Positions 26,717 through 41,741 are shown, counted from the first letter of the stretch. The stretch: 64,000 nt of DNA from Eledone cirrhosa (GCA_964016885.1 OZ024745.1:110794001-110858000); one strand, 5' to 3'. A program made the numbers and translations. The notes: generated from the sequence alone by a model not told the origin.

Positions 26717-26851
<135 letters not shown>

Positions 26852-28240
26852 CAGAAATGTAATTTGTATAAATATATAATATTTTGCCAACACATCAGTA
26901 GGCTAAATCTAGTAGAGTTACAGTATAACATATTTACATTTTCTATAGTTGCAAAACACATGAAAATCTAAATATCCTTTTTATTGTTGCTTAAGAAAGT
27001 GAATAATATTTTCCACATACATAGATAAATACATGCAATATTGCTATGAGACAATGATGATTGTCTAAAATAATTCTGTTTGTCTACAATAGTAAACTTA
27101 AACTTAACCAGTATTTATTTCATTAGAGCCACCACCTGGGTATTTAGTATCCTATAATGTGTGCCCATTTCTCTCAATTATGTCTCTCCTTCTCCCAAAT
27201 ATGGACCCTAATCTCCTAAATCAAAATAATTACAACTTACAGTTTGGCAAATCTGACAATCCTAGTTTTTTATACATCTTGCTCTGTCAAAGCTAAGAAG
27301 ATTACTATGCCTGCATTTTCCACTGCATAGTTCATACTTACCCATGCTTATCATGTGACAGGTAATAATTGTTTCTACCTTAGGCACAAGGCCAGCAATT
27401 ATTCAGTGCATTACTGGTAGTAATACCCTATTATTTATTTTATTTAATTTGTATAAAACTGAAATCCTTTAAGGTTCAGTAATATGCCTCTCTGAGGTCT
27501 ACATCCTAGGTGGCTGCCTAATGATAGCACCAGCCTTGATTATAGTAGGTTACTGTGGAATTTTCTGATAAATAAATTCAATCAGGCTAACTCTAAATAA
27601 TTTATGATTGAGTGATTTCCATTTATGACTATCCTGTTACTTGTTATAACAACAGGTAGTATACATTTGTATGTGTACCAACTCAAGTAGATCAACTGAA
27701 GCTTTTTACACCGAACCTGCCTGGTCAGTTAGTATCACTAATCAATGACTACTTTATATACAGTAGTGTGAACATTTTCATTGAGAAAATGATAAAATGT
27801 TACATGATTTATCCTCTCTTATTTCACAGCTTCTAATTAGATAAAACTTTGAGGAATTCACTTACCTTTTCACTACTTCCCACTAGTTATTGATTGTTGC
27901 AGTTAACATTTTAGAATAGTCTTGACAAGATAATTGGTTAACGATTCAGGCTAATAACTGCACATAAAAGATATGGCGATCATCTGATGCATCTTTTTTT
28001 ATGGAAAATCTTTAAAGGCACTCTTAAAGTATTTCTTTAATAATTTCACTTAAAATGCCTTATAGCCAATATAATTTTTACTCTAAATTATTTAACATGA
28101 TGAGTTGTGATGCTGTCAACCTTGAGCTGAATTTATTGTAAAACTGATTTTATGTAATAGAACTGATAACTATATCCACTGTTCTTACTATGACATCCAG
28201 CTGTTATAATAGTAGTGAGAAGCTATATATAAATTACCAC

Positions 28241-28497
28241 TTAATCACACCATTTCTAATGTAAAATACTGTCTATGATTTTCAAATAATTGTTTTAAAT
28301 AATGAAGTATTAGGAGAGATTTAGTAATATGACTAACTTTCTTATTATTAAGCAGGTGTTTGGAACATCATTAAAAAAGGTTTTTACATAAAATTATGAT
28401 AGAAGGTTTTTTTATGAATATAAACATTTTAATGTAAACAGCTTTATATTGTAGAACCAGGATTGGTTTTTAGGTGGTTTGGTATGAAAAGAGTTTA
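28241..28497 (+). mobile_element. Degenerate MITE family A
   Basis: Shares tttctaatg..aatactg, taactttcttattatt, aaaattatgatagaaggttttt and ggtatgaaaagagttta with other copies. Confidence 0.7.
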
Positions 28498-28777
28498 TTT
28501 ATTCTGAAGTTAATATTAATTATACAGATTATTGTTACAACTTAAATATTTTCCTTTGCAGTTTGAAACAATAATAATAAATAAAATAAAACTAATTGAA
28601 TATTTCAACTAAAATAAATAAGTTTTTATCACAATTTCTTAAACATCAAATAAATAATTGAAAATTGAAAATAGTAGTTTGATAATGAGTAGAAGATATA
28701 TAATATACATTTGACATAAACAATTTCTTATGCATCTGAATTAGTTGAGTATATGCATATGTGTATGTATGCATAAA

Positions 28778-28965
28778 CCACCACCACCATCATCATTGTT
28801 TAACGTCTACCTTCCATACTTGCTTGGGTTAGACAGGCTGTCACTTTATGAAACAAGTCTGTTCAGGCAACCGTGTCTTGCTTATATGGATCTGTTTCTA
28901 CAGCTGGATGTCTTTCCTAACATCAACCACATTATATGGTAGATTGGGTGCTTTTTATTATGGCA
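28778..28965 (-). mobile_element. SINE family C
   Basis: catcatcattgtttaacgtctaccttccatacttgcttgggttagac...tttctacagctggatgtctttcctaacatcaaccac. Confidence 0.7.
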
Positions 28966-30416
28966 CCAAAATGACCATCTAACTGGGTGGACTGGGTGTT
29001 TTTTGTATTAGTACCAGTAAGACTACCTATGTACATATATGTATATTCCAACATTTGTCAAAATCCATGATTAAAACAATACTTTTATATATACCCATAA
29101 AAACTAGTTTTTTAAATTGTATTTTTGCCTCTGACTTTTTTAAAACAACAGATTTATAGAACCACAATCAGTTTAAGTTGGTTTCATATCAAAAGGGTTA
29201 ATAATATCCACAGTCTGATAGTTATATTGTTTATGCTTAGAAGCAAATATAATATTTATCAAGCAGTTATTAATGGAGTAACAATGCTCACAATTTCATG
29301 TATTAAATACACAATCTACAATAATTTAAAATAGATTGAGAAACTGAATAGTTCTGATAATTATAAACTATAACTCTTTTCTTATTTTATGATTCCATAT
29401 TAAAGTCCCAATTTAACTTTCACCCTTATTATTTACACCAAAATTGTAATAAATGGATGTAATTAATGTTAATTTAGGATACTGCTCCTCCTTCATTGGT
29501 AAGATGACAAAAATTGAGGTGTGTGGTAGACCTGTCCATCTTATGCTAACACAAATAAATGAACATTGAACTGTTGGTGATGATGATGATGATAAGGAGA
29601 AGGAAGTCGACAGTAGACATAAAATTAATGTGTAAGTGTAATATTATGTGTACCCGTCACATAACACTCAGGGAGATCCAGTGTAACACAGTGTGTTACA
29701 ATGTTGGCTCTTTGAATTCCAGGTAAATGATAGATAGTATTAAGAGATGCTGACTACCTACCTCATTTGCATGTTGGCTAGTTCTGAAAGTAAATAAAAG
29801 TACAGATAAATCAACCAGTAAATAAACATAAGAGTTAACTGTCTCTCAGTTTATTTATTGCCTTGATTACATTTAACTGGTATTTATTGTCTATTTACCC
29901 ATGGTCATTTATTTCATTCCATTTTTAACTGCAAACTTATACGACTGCATTGTGATTAACTCATTCAGCAGAGAGAAACCTCATTAGCACACTAATTCTA
30001 TTACAGAGAAAAGAATAGCTTAGCTATGAATTCAGGGAAGAATCCCTATGATTTAATAGTTAGGAGCAGCCTTTACTTATTATATTAAGCTGCTAGAAGA
30101 AATGTTCAGTATAGTCTGTCGCTCCAAGGTCTATCTAAATAATTTAAGAGACATCAGCTATAGGAAGCTCATTATAGTGTATTTTGATTAGTGCTTAACC
30201 CCGAAGATGTCTTTAGTCCTTATATAATATCTAACAAAAGCTGACTCATATCTTCTAGTCAAGATGTGCCAACCATTAGTTCTAAAATAAAATGATATTT
30301 TGGGAAGCAATTTGTTACACTTACAATTTTAATAAAAGTCTTAATTTGTTTCTTTTGTAAATCAAATATGACTAAATATGACTTTACTGTATACCCATCA
30401 TCATTAGAAGTTTTAC

Positions 30417-30670
30417 TTAACCCTTTCACTGTATTACTGTATTTCTAATGAAGTATACTGCCTGTGTGTTCCTATTAATTCTGAAACCAACCAAAAGTTT
30501 GGAAGGATTTAATAAAATAACTAAGTTTTTCATTAGTAAGCTGATATTTAGAACACTACCTAACAATTTCTAAAATAAAATTATGATAGAAAGATTTAAT
30601 ATAAGTATGAACATTTTAAAATTAACAGTTTTGTATAATATATCCAAGGCAGTTTGGTATCAAAAGGGTT
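30417..30670 (+). mobile_element. piggyBac-type MITE family A, near full length
   Basis: TTAAccctttc...tatcaaaagggtta termini with the family A interior. Confidence 0.8.
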
Positions 30671-33600
30671 ACTACAAAATAATAGCATCAATTAGACTTT
30701 TAGTTAAACATTTTTTCTGAGTGAATTTATAAAAGATTCTCTTACACTATATCTAAGATATAATAATTTGATTATCGAGGGAGGTTTATAATAAGAATAT
30801 ATATAAAGTATCAAATTTATGGATCACTTACTGTATTGATTTGTTGTTTAACTCCTTATAATTTTAAATAAATTCAGAAATATCACTTGTAAAGCATGTT
30901 CAAAAATTTACTTTTGTAACAAGACTATCAACACTGTTAGTTTTACTCTCCTTGTCGTCTTCTATTGAATACTTTAACATTTTTATTACTACTTTTACTT
31001 TGTTTTGCAACGTTCATGCTTAAGAAATTAAGTGAAAAGACAGACCACATGTTAAGTTGAAGAGTCATTACATTTAATCAATCAATTGATCTTTTACTAT
31101 TAAGTTTCTGTGGTTTGTTGCACTCATTGTCCAGTTTTAAGCTGTTGTCTTTCTTCACAACTCAACTAGCTAAACACAAGTATCTGAAGTCTTGCCTTGC
31201 TACACATTACTGATGGAATTAATTTCATAATACTTGCCTTGTCTGCTACTATTTGTTCCATCTTGTTATATTGGAGACAGTCTATGTGTATTTGTGAAGT
31301 CATTTCTAAAAGTCAATGCTTTCAACTAGTTTGGTCCATTGCTACACTCTGTCTTATTTATATCTCAGTGATTTCATTCAGATGTTGTAGAGAACAATAC
31401 GGGGAAGTAATATTTGCTTAAACTATGACAATAGTTCATTACTTGACCTGAACAAAATCCCAAGTCAGATTTCTTCTGAAATAAAGCTCAAGTTAGTCAA
31501 CATGATTATTAAATAGTTATATCATTGTTGAAGTATTGTCATATGCAGGCTAATAACTACATATTTGAAACTTTTAAAAGATTTGATCATTAGTTCAAAC
31601 CTCAAACCTCATTGTGGGTATTATTTTCTTTAGTAACATACTTTGTTTCAACTTGTCATGTTTTTAATTAAATAGATTACCATTGAGTGAAGAACTTTTA
31701 GTCACAGCACATGCTGATGTTTTAATTTAATGATCTATGACGTTAGTGTATTTAGATTGTTTTTTGTGGAGAGGTGTGGTATTTGTATTTTATATATATT
31801 GCTTATTTCATGAAAATGTATTTAATTTCTTCTTTAAGCTAGTCAGTTCTTGGTGAACTCAACATATTTAGCATATATATATCATCATCATCACCGTTTT
31901 ACGTCCGTTCTTCCACGCTAGCATGGGTTAGACATATATATATATGAACAGCACCACCCAGCTTCATTAAAAATGTGTTCACATGGACAAAAATATATTA
32001 GTATTTTACATTCCATGTTTGCGTGGGTTAGACATACGCACACACTTAATATCTGGTAGAGTTTCAAGTTATTCTTGTTACCTTTTCACATGTTCTGATA
32101 TTATTACTTCTAGTTCTAATGCATCATCATCCTTTTAACATTCCATTTTCTCTTCATTTTTCATATCTAATTAATTATTCAGGTTCTTACTACTATATTG
32201 TTACACTGCTCATTGTACTGCTGCTTATCATTATTATCATTATTACTATTTTAATATTTTCTTCTTGAATATATTTGTTCAGTAAACCAATTAAAAGGAG
32301 GAGGGGTTCCAATTCCTTTACAGAATTATTTTATTATTTAAACTGCCTATTGGGAGCTAGCATTATATCTGGCTAATTCATAAGATTAGAAATGATGCTA
32401 GCTGTTGCTATACATTTCTCTGTAAAATGCATTCTTTCATGTTTCCATCATTTACTGAAGAAGTCATATAAATGTTTCTAAACTGTTACCGTATTTTCAT
32501 TTCAAATCCCTCTAATTTGAGAACTGTTTGCTCCTGTGAGTTCATAGCTTGATTGGACTTATTGCTTAAGAGATCAGTGAGTGTGAGAAGCAGCTAGTGA
32601 AAGAACAGACAGGAATTCTTAATGCTAACGTGACAGTATTATCAGTCTCAAGCTCTATTCTATTTAAGATACAAAGCATTCTTTTTCATCCGTCCCTTGC
32701 CACATGAAGACTATGGCCGACTACGCTGTCATTGTGATTCCAGCAGTCAATTGAATGCAATCAATTTCTGAATGCTCGGGGTATCAGCTTAATATGATTT
32801 CTCTGCAGTCACAATCAATGTTTATCATTGGCAGGATTATATTTACCATCTTGCCATTTTCATATTAGTAGCTTACCTCTTCGATGTCGTTTCATGAACG
32901 AACACACTAATTCTTTATTGTTAGTATCAACCAGAAAGTATGGTCATGCTCAACTTGCATCTTAACTGACTGGTATTAGCTAGATTGATTCAAGACGCTT
33001 GCTGTTCTTGCTTCACTTCCCAATGAAACGAATGCTTCCTTAGTGATGTGATTAACCCTATGTATTCTGTCATTGACTGAATCCAGTGGTGATATTCAAT
33101 TAGATGTTATTCTATAAATAAATAAAGATAGAAAGAAAGATAAGAAAAGAAAAATTGGAAAGAAAAGCAGCTGCAGTTGAGGAATTATATCTAAACTGAG
33201 TGAATCAGAAATTGAAGATTAAAAGTTCAATCTATTTAAAACAACTGTTATTTGAAATCAAATTCATATTTGTTGAAAGCTTACGTCTTTGATATGCTGG
33301 TATTTAGAAGATATTGTTTCAAGACAGGATGGAATTTTTACAATCCTCTCCCCACCCATTCCTTATTTTTCTCTTCTAAAAATTAATCCATTCTAAAAGA
33401 AATATTTCTCTATTTTCCATGTTACAAGGATAATGGTAACAATGTTAAATAAATACAATATTAATTATCATTTCTTAATTAACGAGGAAACTATAGAGTT
33501 GTGAAAGGAAAATTGCAGGCTAAATTCTTATTCTTAAATGACATAATTTTAGTGAAATTTAGATTTATAAGTTAACTTACATTCTTATATTACTGAAAAG

Positions 33601-33769
33601 TGTTTCCATATTTATCTTATATTTTCATTTTCATATAATTTAGTATATTTTTGGTCATATTTCTAACTTATATTTCATATTTTTATTCAAATTTTAAGTG
33701 CTATTTTTAATTTTAAGTTGAATATTTTAAGGTGAACATGAAAAACATTTGTTCTCTATTGTCTTTTAT

Positions 33770-33925
33770 TCCTTTTCTTTTACTGGTTTCAGTCATTTGA
33801 CTGTGTTCAAACTGGAGCATTACCTTCAAAGGCTTGAGTCAATTATATCGATCCCAGTACTTTGTCTAGTACTTATTTTATCAAGCTTGGAAGGAACAAA
33901 AGGCAAAGTCGATCTGGATGTAACA
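33770..33925 (-). mobile_element. SINE fragments (family E tail and family A body)
   Basis: tcttttactggtttcagtcatttgactgtg...ctggagcattacctt, also seen near 13645 and 48825, followed by ggaaggaacaaaaggcaaagtcga. Confidence 0.55.
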
Positions 33926-36900
33926 AAACATAGCTTGTATAGAACCAAGTTTTTGAAATTAAAAATTCATATTTTTTCTCAACATAGAGGCACCCACAGG
34001 TTCCTATACATTTGCAATTCCTCCTTGTTACTAAAAAGTTTCCCCACTCTTGATTTATAGAGTCATAATCATTGCCACTTTTGAATGACCAACCACATTT
34101 GTTATGCCATTCATTTCAAATCTAAATGTTTTCAGTTAGAAATTCCATTCACTTTTTATATCAATCTATAGACTGCTGTCAGGTTTATGGTGACTCATAT
34201 CTAGGACAAAAGAAATATTTGTTTTCAAGTGTGAAATGTTGACAATTTTTAAAAATAAAAACTAAAAAAGACAAAAAGAAAAGAAAAAAAATATGGAAAG
34301 ATTTGTTAAAAATCAACAAACTAAAGTTAAAATTCGAAATAAAATAAGAATTTTCAAATAAAACACTTTACTCTTCTATTGAAAATTTAACAGAGCAACA
34401 GCACTCACTGTGTTTGAATATGTATGAATAAGCATAATAAATTCCCTAATCTTTTAGCACTGTGTTGTTACTATAATAAGACTGCCACAAGAGTTACTAA
34501 AATATTTCCTAATAAATTAGGTATTCATAATTGTGTGAAAACAATATCTTGTTAAACATATCTAGTTCTTTATGGTTGTAGGAACTTCAATGGCTTCCAT
34601 ATTAATAGTGTTCCATGCAAGCATGGGGAGAATGGACATTAAACTAATGATGGTGTTGGTGGTGCAGGTGGTGTTGGTGTTGATGGTGGTGGGCGATATT
34701 GTTGATGATGCTTTGTCAGAAGTGGTGGCAGTGGCAGCAGCAATGGGGCGGCAATGGTGGTGCTGATACATAATCTGCTGCAAGAAAGTCATTACATTGG
34801 GTTCCTAAATACAACAAAAAAATCTGATAACATATTTTTACTATCACACTATTGTTAGATGCTGCTTTGATCATTATTATTAAAAAATGTTGTCCTTTTT
34901 TATGTTTCAATTGATATCCAGTGCTTGTATCCATAATAAAACAGTGACTATTGTTAAGCAGTCTCTCATGGTTGCTCATTCAATGAATCATGAAAACAGG
35001 TCACTTTCTGCATATAAAAGACATACCTTTCATTTGCCATAAAGGGCTCTTTGTGTCATTTTTTCAACCTTACATCATCTACACCATCCCTTGGTCTGTT
35101 ACTGACTTTTAGATAATTTTTTTTTATAGAAATTGTTATTTATTAAATATTTTAAAGAAAAGATAAAATATAATAGTGAAGTTTATTGAATGATGTAAAA
35201 GACAAATACATATGGCAATATTTCATGTAAAATAATATATTAGAAAGTCAATCAAAATGTTGCCATTGGAGGAGTGTTTGCATTATTATGTTTGTGATTG
35301 TGACTGAGATTTCTAATTCTATATTGTTTTACTATTGTAAAGGTTTTATGACCTGTTAACCCTTAATTGTTGTGCCTTAGATGAATCAGTGTCCACATTA
35401 TTGAGTTCTTCTAAATTGTCACAGACATAAATATCATTGTCTGTAACTTCTCTGCCCTCCCCCTCCTCATACACACTATTTCTGAAGCTGTCAAAGTTTT
35501 CAAATGTTATTTTACTGGCCAGCAGGAATATTTCAGGTTAAATAGAAATATATGTTTCTTTCTTTTTCTTTCTTCTTTTTTTTTTGTTATTTTAATGAAA
35601 AATGTCCAACTACAAATCTTGTACACACAAATTATTTTTGTTTCTGTTTAATTATCTTTCAATATTGATCTAATTATTTCCCTTTTGTTTTACAACTTTA
35701 ATTATAAATTATTATTAAAGGTATGTTTGCTTTCTTTAACTGCTGTTTTTTCATGTATGTTTATATATGTATGTATGTGTGTGTGTATTTTTCTGTTTTT
35801 TCTTTATTTTCACCGAGAATAACAGTAATTTGGTCAATAGAAAGAATTACATTGATGCCTGCCAGGGAAATCAGTCAAATCATTTTTAATATTAGTAGTC
35901 AACTAGCTTCAAATATTGCTGTATTTTCTAAACTGTGAAGCTTTGTGTGTAATTAGTGATCACACTAAGTTTATCTTATCAAAATGCCACTATTAATCTA
36001 TTGTGGTGACAAGAGCAATTTATGTATTGTCATTTTGAGATTGACAGCTAACTAGTCTGATTATATTTAATGTTCATCCACTCTGATTAATTTACCTTTG
36101 TTGACTTTCGTTATTTATTTTATAATAAATATGTGCAAGTTTCATATTGTTACAAAGTGATGTATTTTAGCAAAATAAATTTATCACTGCTGAAATACAA
36201 ACAACTATTAAGGCAGATTTTTCAATGGATAATTTCTAACTAGTTTTAGCTAGATCATTGTCAGACTTATGGAAACCATCAAGTCAAATAGATATTTAAC
36301 AAAATATGTATTATTAAGAAAGCAAAAGCTATGTTGATCTGGTATTAGACTGGTGATAAGTTTCACTGTTCAGTCTCTCTCTCTCTCTCACACACACACA
36401 TTTCTCACTATACTTTTGTTGTATTTTCTCTACCTCTCTTTTTCGAGTATTTTACTTTTTATCAACCTTGCACTTGTTCTTTCCTGCTATAAAATATAAA
36501 GATATTAATAATCAAATAATTACTAGTGATGCACCTTATATATAAATCTATCATTAACAGATGTTGAAAGTCTATATAATAACCATGATGTATATACAAG
36601 TCATTATTATCCCTATCACTTGAACTATTCCTTATTTTATTCATTGAAAAACAAAACTTAAGACTATCTAATGAAGTTTGTTATTTGAATCCTAAATGCA
36701 TCTCAAAACTGACATGTTTATATAGACTACAGATTGATGAAAACATAAATAAAAAAAATATTGACAGAGATATAAGTTATTCAAAATTTTGTTATCATTA
36801 TTTTTTTTTAATCCTCTTAGCAGACTTATGTCTATTTGAAATATTTGACATAGTTCTATATTGTGTGATACTTACTGAGTAACCTTACTCAGTTCTACTT

Positions 36901-39685
36901 CAGTACATTCAAGACATGTAGATATATGATCAGTTGAAGCATTCTGTTGGGTCTTTTAACTATGGGTTAACCCATGATGTCCTAAGGATTAAGACTTAAA
37001 ACTTGTAATCCCCATTTTAAAAATAGTGAAGAATTTCTTGGGGGGAGGTCTGGTTGCTACATTTAACATGTCAAGACACTACTTATAGACATTCTCAATG
37101 AATCCTGTAGTTATGGATTTAATAACATGGCTAATCGTGATGTTTCTGTTCCAATTTACTTATTAATACTATACTAACTTGCAGTGTTAAATCTGTGTCT
37201 GGTACTAGTCATAAATGAAATTAGTCATAAATGAAATTATTTTCTCCACTGTTTGGTTGTTACAATATTTCCCTATTGTAATAAATTAACCATGACAACT
37301 CAATAATCAAAACCTTAGCTATAATTCAATTTGCTCTACTATAAATAATTATTTATAATGACTATATGTGAAAGTGATATAATACATTTTATAAATCCTC
37401 GTAGGAATACAGCTTGTGTTATTACATTTAAAAAAAAAATTAATTTAATATCATCAAAGGAAGCAAAATGATTGTGATCTCTAGTGTATCATTATATGTT
37501 CATACAACCATTTCTATATCTGATGTTTTGTCATTTTGTAAGGAAGGTGTTACTGATGCTACTGTTTGTAGTTTATTAATGATTTGTTTCTCTGTTCTTG
37601 CAAAATCCTACAGTAGAGATGATATTTAGTCATAGAACTAGTTTTGTATATGATAAATGTTATCTTAATCTCTTTTTCATTTCATGTGTTGATTATATTA
37701 TTCATTTGGAAATGGTATATTTATATTTTTTAAACTTGATAAACTGGTTCCTAGTAATATATAACTTCTTTTTAAATTCTTCCTTTTTTCATCAACTTCC
37801 AAGATCTTATTGCATTAACTTGTAAAATTGTGTCATAAAATCTTGCAAAATTATAGTCATTCTGGGTTGTTTTCTTTTGATGCCAAGAGATAATTGTAGT
37901 TGATATAATTTAAACTTTACCTTTGATGGTTATCATAAGAGTTTTTTTTTTTTTCTGTTTGTAAAATCAAAAGTCCCTAAACCTGTTGCTAGTTTCTACA
38001 TACAAATTTATGTTCTTTAACCATATAAAAATAGCTTTTCAGTTGACATGTTGAATTTTATTGCACATTTATGATGATTATTTTAAGTTTTGTCATAAAA
38101 TTTCATTGTAACATTCCAAGTGAAGTCATTTAAACAAATCTTCTATGTAGTCTCGTACACAGCCTATATGTTTTAGATTTATGTATTCAACATGGTAAAT
38201 TATGTTATTAGCTACTGTACGTTTATCTCTGCTAGCCATATTTGACTTGTCTTCTTTTGAATTTGCATTTTTTAATTCTATCTGAGATGTTTTCTGGCAT
38301 AAGCTACTCTTGTGGCAACTTTCATTCTTATTACTTTGTTATGCTCACTTCCCTGCACATCATAAGGCTGTCTGTATTTCTTTCTGCCCCCCACCCCTCT
38401 CTCTCTCTCTCTCTCTCTCTCACTCATATGATTGAGAGGTCATCATCTTTTCCACTGGATATATTTCATGTTTTCATTCAGCCGGATAAATATCCAAACC
38501 ATATGCATGAGATATAAGAGGATTATGGATTTCAAATTCTTTTTCAACCATTGCACATTACATTTAATGGCTACTATATAAATTACTAAAAATTCTCTTT
38601 TACTCTTTCTCTTTTCCTCGTCCACTCTTTTACATTCCCTCTCTCCCCCCTCCTTTCTTTCTCTTTTATCTCTTGGCTTGTCTTCCTTCCTTTCTATATT
38701 TACCATTTCAATGTTTCTATTCTTCTTACTTTCCTCATTGCCTTTACTCTTCACTTGCAGTTTTCCTTCTGTTCATATATAATGAAGGCCAATATCTGCT
38801 GCTGCTGCTACCCAAATTCCGAGACTGTATTGAGCTGTCTTGAATTAAAATAGTATTTCAGCTGATTTCAGTTGATAAAATCATCTAAAAATATTCTATA
38901 ATATTATTGATTTTTCTATTTGATCTTGTAATCTAGAAAGATTGAAAAATTATGAAAGTTATTGTTCTGTGAATTTTGCTAGTCATGACAAGAACATCAT
39001 TAGAATGTTGTTGCTTTTCACTTCATTTTATTTATTTATTCATTTTTTTCACTAGAAAAACCAACACAAATACTATATCTCCCATGTTTAACAACTGAAG
39101 TTTTTCTTTAATGTTAAGTCTGATTGTCTGTCTGATTCATTTCAATGTTGTTATTAGCTTTCATTAATATTTAATATCGTTTTGTTTATATTTATTTAGA
39201 TTACCAAAGAAATTTCATCCTTATACTGATAATAAAAGAATTATGTATATTAAATTCATAGGTGTCTTCATAATTTAAAACTACTAGGGGATGTCCTCAT
39301 TAATTTTGATTTATATGACACTGCTTATCACCATCCTCACTATATCACCAGCACTGCTACTACTACTACTACTACATTTCCACAATGTACATAGCTTCCT
39401 TGGGACAAATTGCTTCTAGATTTAGTATTGGAATAATTTCAAAAATATTTATTTTTTTAATTGTTTATACTAATTTGTAATTTTTTAAAGTTTAAATATT
39501 TACTTTTCTTTGTCATGAATTAAGAAATTATCTGTTGTTCTGAATTCATAAATTTACTATGTTGAATAATGCTAAAAAAAAAGACTTAAAAAAAAATCAA
39601 CCCATCCCACTTGAAAATGGTAGAATTAAGAAAGTTTAATAAACAGCTTCCTCAGTTTAGTATTAATTCAAGATCAACAAGTGTT

Positions 39686-39910
39686 TTAATCTTTTAGTAT
39701 TTACATTACTCTATAAATATTATTGTATTTTTGTGGTAAAGGCTTTATCTCACATATCTCATATAATATTGAATCTATGAGATTTTGATATTATCTATTT
39801 TGAGAACAATACCTTAGCATCAGTATGAGTGACCAGTTATGGCCGGTTTGAACAGAAAGAGGTGAGAAAATTCTGGCCGGATATGGCCAGTTTAAATACT
39901 AAAGGGTTAA
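39686..39910 (-). mobile_element. Full-length piggyBac-type MITE family B (about 225 bp)
   Basis: TIRs TTAAtcttttagtattta...taaatactaaagggTTAA. Homologous to 2502-2718 and 21803-21964. Confidence 0.85.
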
Positions 39911-41605
39911 GGCAATTTTTCCTGCTAACAAGGGGTTAGCTTTGTGGAGCCCATGACAGGCTTCTCCATTTCCCCCTATTGCTTGCACCTACCTCACTAT
40001 CTTGTTAATTCAAGATCAACAGATCTAATCCATTTTTCACGTTTTCTTCCATTCTTCTTTTTCACTATTTAAAGGAAACTTCAAGCTATTGTTCTAACAT
40101 GATACAGCAATCCATTTATAAAAATAATCTAAACAAAGTAACAACTTAATTTTGAAAAACATTCAATTCCACAATACAATAGATACAGATTAGTAATAAT
40201 GTTGACATGAATAAAGTTAAATGATACTGTCTAAATATAGTAGATCAACTTAACTATATTTGATATTCTGCTAGGCATAAGCAGGATTATCTGTCATGGG
40301 TGTCTGATAAAATTATACCAGTAATATGCTGCTGTCAATTCAATTACAAGCAAACAAAAAATATGAATTAATTCTAAATGCAACACAATACTTCTGATTT
40401 ATTTTATTTTCCATATCAATTGTCATGTGAGTATAGCAACTGACAAAATCAATGACCACTCAAGCATTAGAGTCTTAAATAATATGCATCATTGCTATTT
40501 CTCTTATTTTTATTTACACTTATCTGACCAAAACGTCTTCAGAGTTGTTGAACTAGAATATGAAATGAAAACAACAAATACCTTATTTGCTTACATTTCT
40601 TAGTCTTACAAGTTATTGTCAGATAAATATCTTTACATGAGGGTTAATAAGAATACTATACTCCACCGATTTGATTATTTTGTCAGAATTTAAGTGAAGA
40701 TTGATATGAAGTTTGTAAAGTTTAATCATTCTTATTCGTATTAGCATTGAAATTTTCATCTTGTCAATTATTGATTGCAATTGAAGAACTAAAAAGAAAA
40801 TTGAAATGTGCAATAAAGCAATAAATTATAGAAAACTTAACCTAAACAAAGATATTTAATTAAAATTTCAATGTGCATGACTCTTTCAAGCCCTGGAGTG
40901 TGTATTTGTAGTTCTGTGGTTGTGCTAGCATGATTAACATTACTCAGTAATGTGTGTGTGGAGGAGAGAATTTTTTGTTTTAAATGTTACTCTTAAATGT
41001 AGAAATGTACATCGCATGGACTTCAAACAACCTGTCTATAATTAATCTGTAAAGGGAGATCAAGAACAGTTAATACTGGAAGCATTAGAAATAAACTCTG
41101 TCTTAGTTTCTCCCTGGAGCTTTCACAGAATCAAAAGAGACTAGTAACTAGTGAGACGCTATAAACACATGTCATTGCATGAGTTTGCCTGGAGGTTCCA
41201 AGTATAATCACTTTTGATACTTTTCAATGGAAGCATTAACTACCCAGGAAAAGACTTGTTACAAATGTTTGATAAATATAATTTAATGTAGCACCATCTA
41301 GATGGACATCAAGAACAAATTAAATATAATGTAAACTTCACATTTATTTTTTTTAATTAACCAAATACTAAAGCTTTTTAAATGACTCAACTGCTATCAA
41401 AAATAACTGAACTATATTCATAAACACATATCTTAGAAATTCCCAAATTTTTTAGTTATTTAAAAAATAAGGTTATGACTATATCATGTACACATGATTT
41501 TGATTTATAAATTATTTTCTTTATTAATTAGTTCTTTCTAGTTTGTAATATTGGAGTAGTTGATATCTTAAAAGAAATGCTGCTAAATATACAAACAATC
41601 CAATT

Positions 41606-41741
41606 AATTACTCCGTGAAAAGAGTAATTTTAACCACTCAAAACCCCACACAAAACCTGTTAAATTCACTATATTTATGTGAATTTAATAGATTCTGTGT
41701 CTTTTTTGAGTGGTTAAAATGATTTTTTTCACTTCGTAATT
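41606..41741. repeat. About 135-bp imperfect palindrome, probable fold-back MITE
   Basis: aattac...gtgaaaa...attttaaccactcaaaa...ttaaattcac-loop-gtgaatttaa...ttttgagtggttaaaat...ttttcac...gtaatt. Confidence 0.85.

Noticed and set aside
34562-34979. Overlapping ORFs with V/A/T-rich stretches
   Set aside because: A SINE tail followed by degenerate (TGG/TGA)n low-complexity sequence, with no splice or homology support.
37206-37237. 16-bp tandem duplication tagtcataaatgaaat
   Set aside because: Real but an ordinary slippage event with no further structure.
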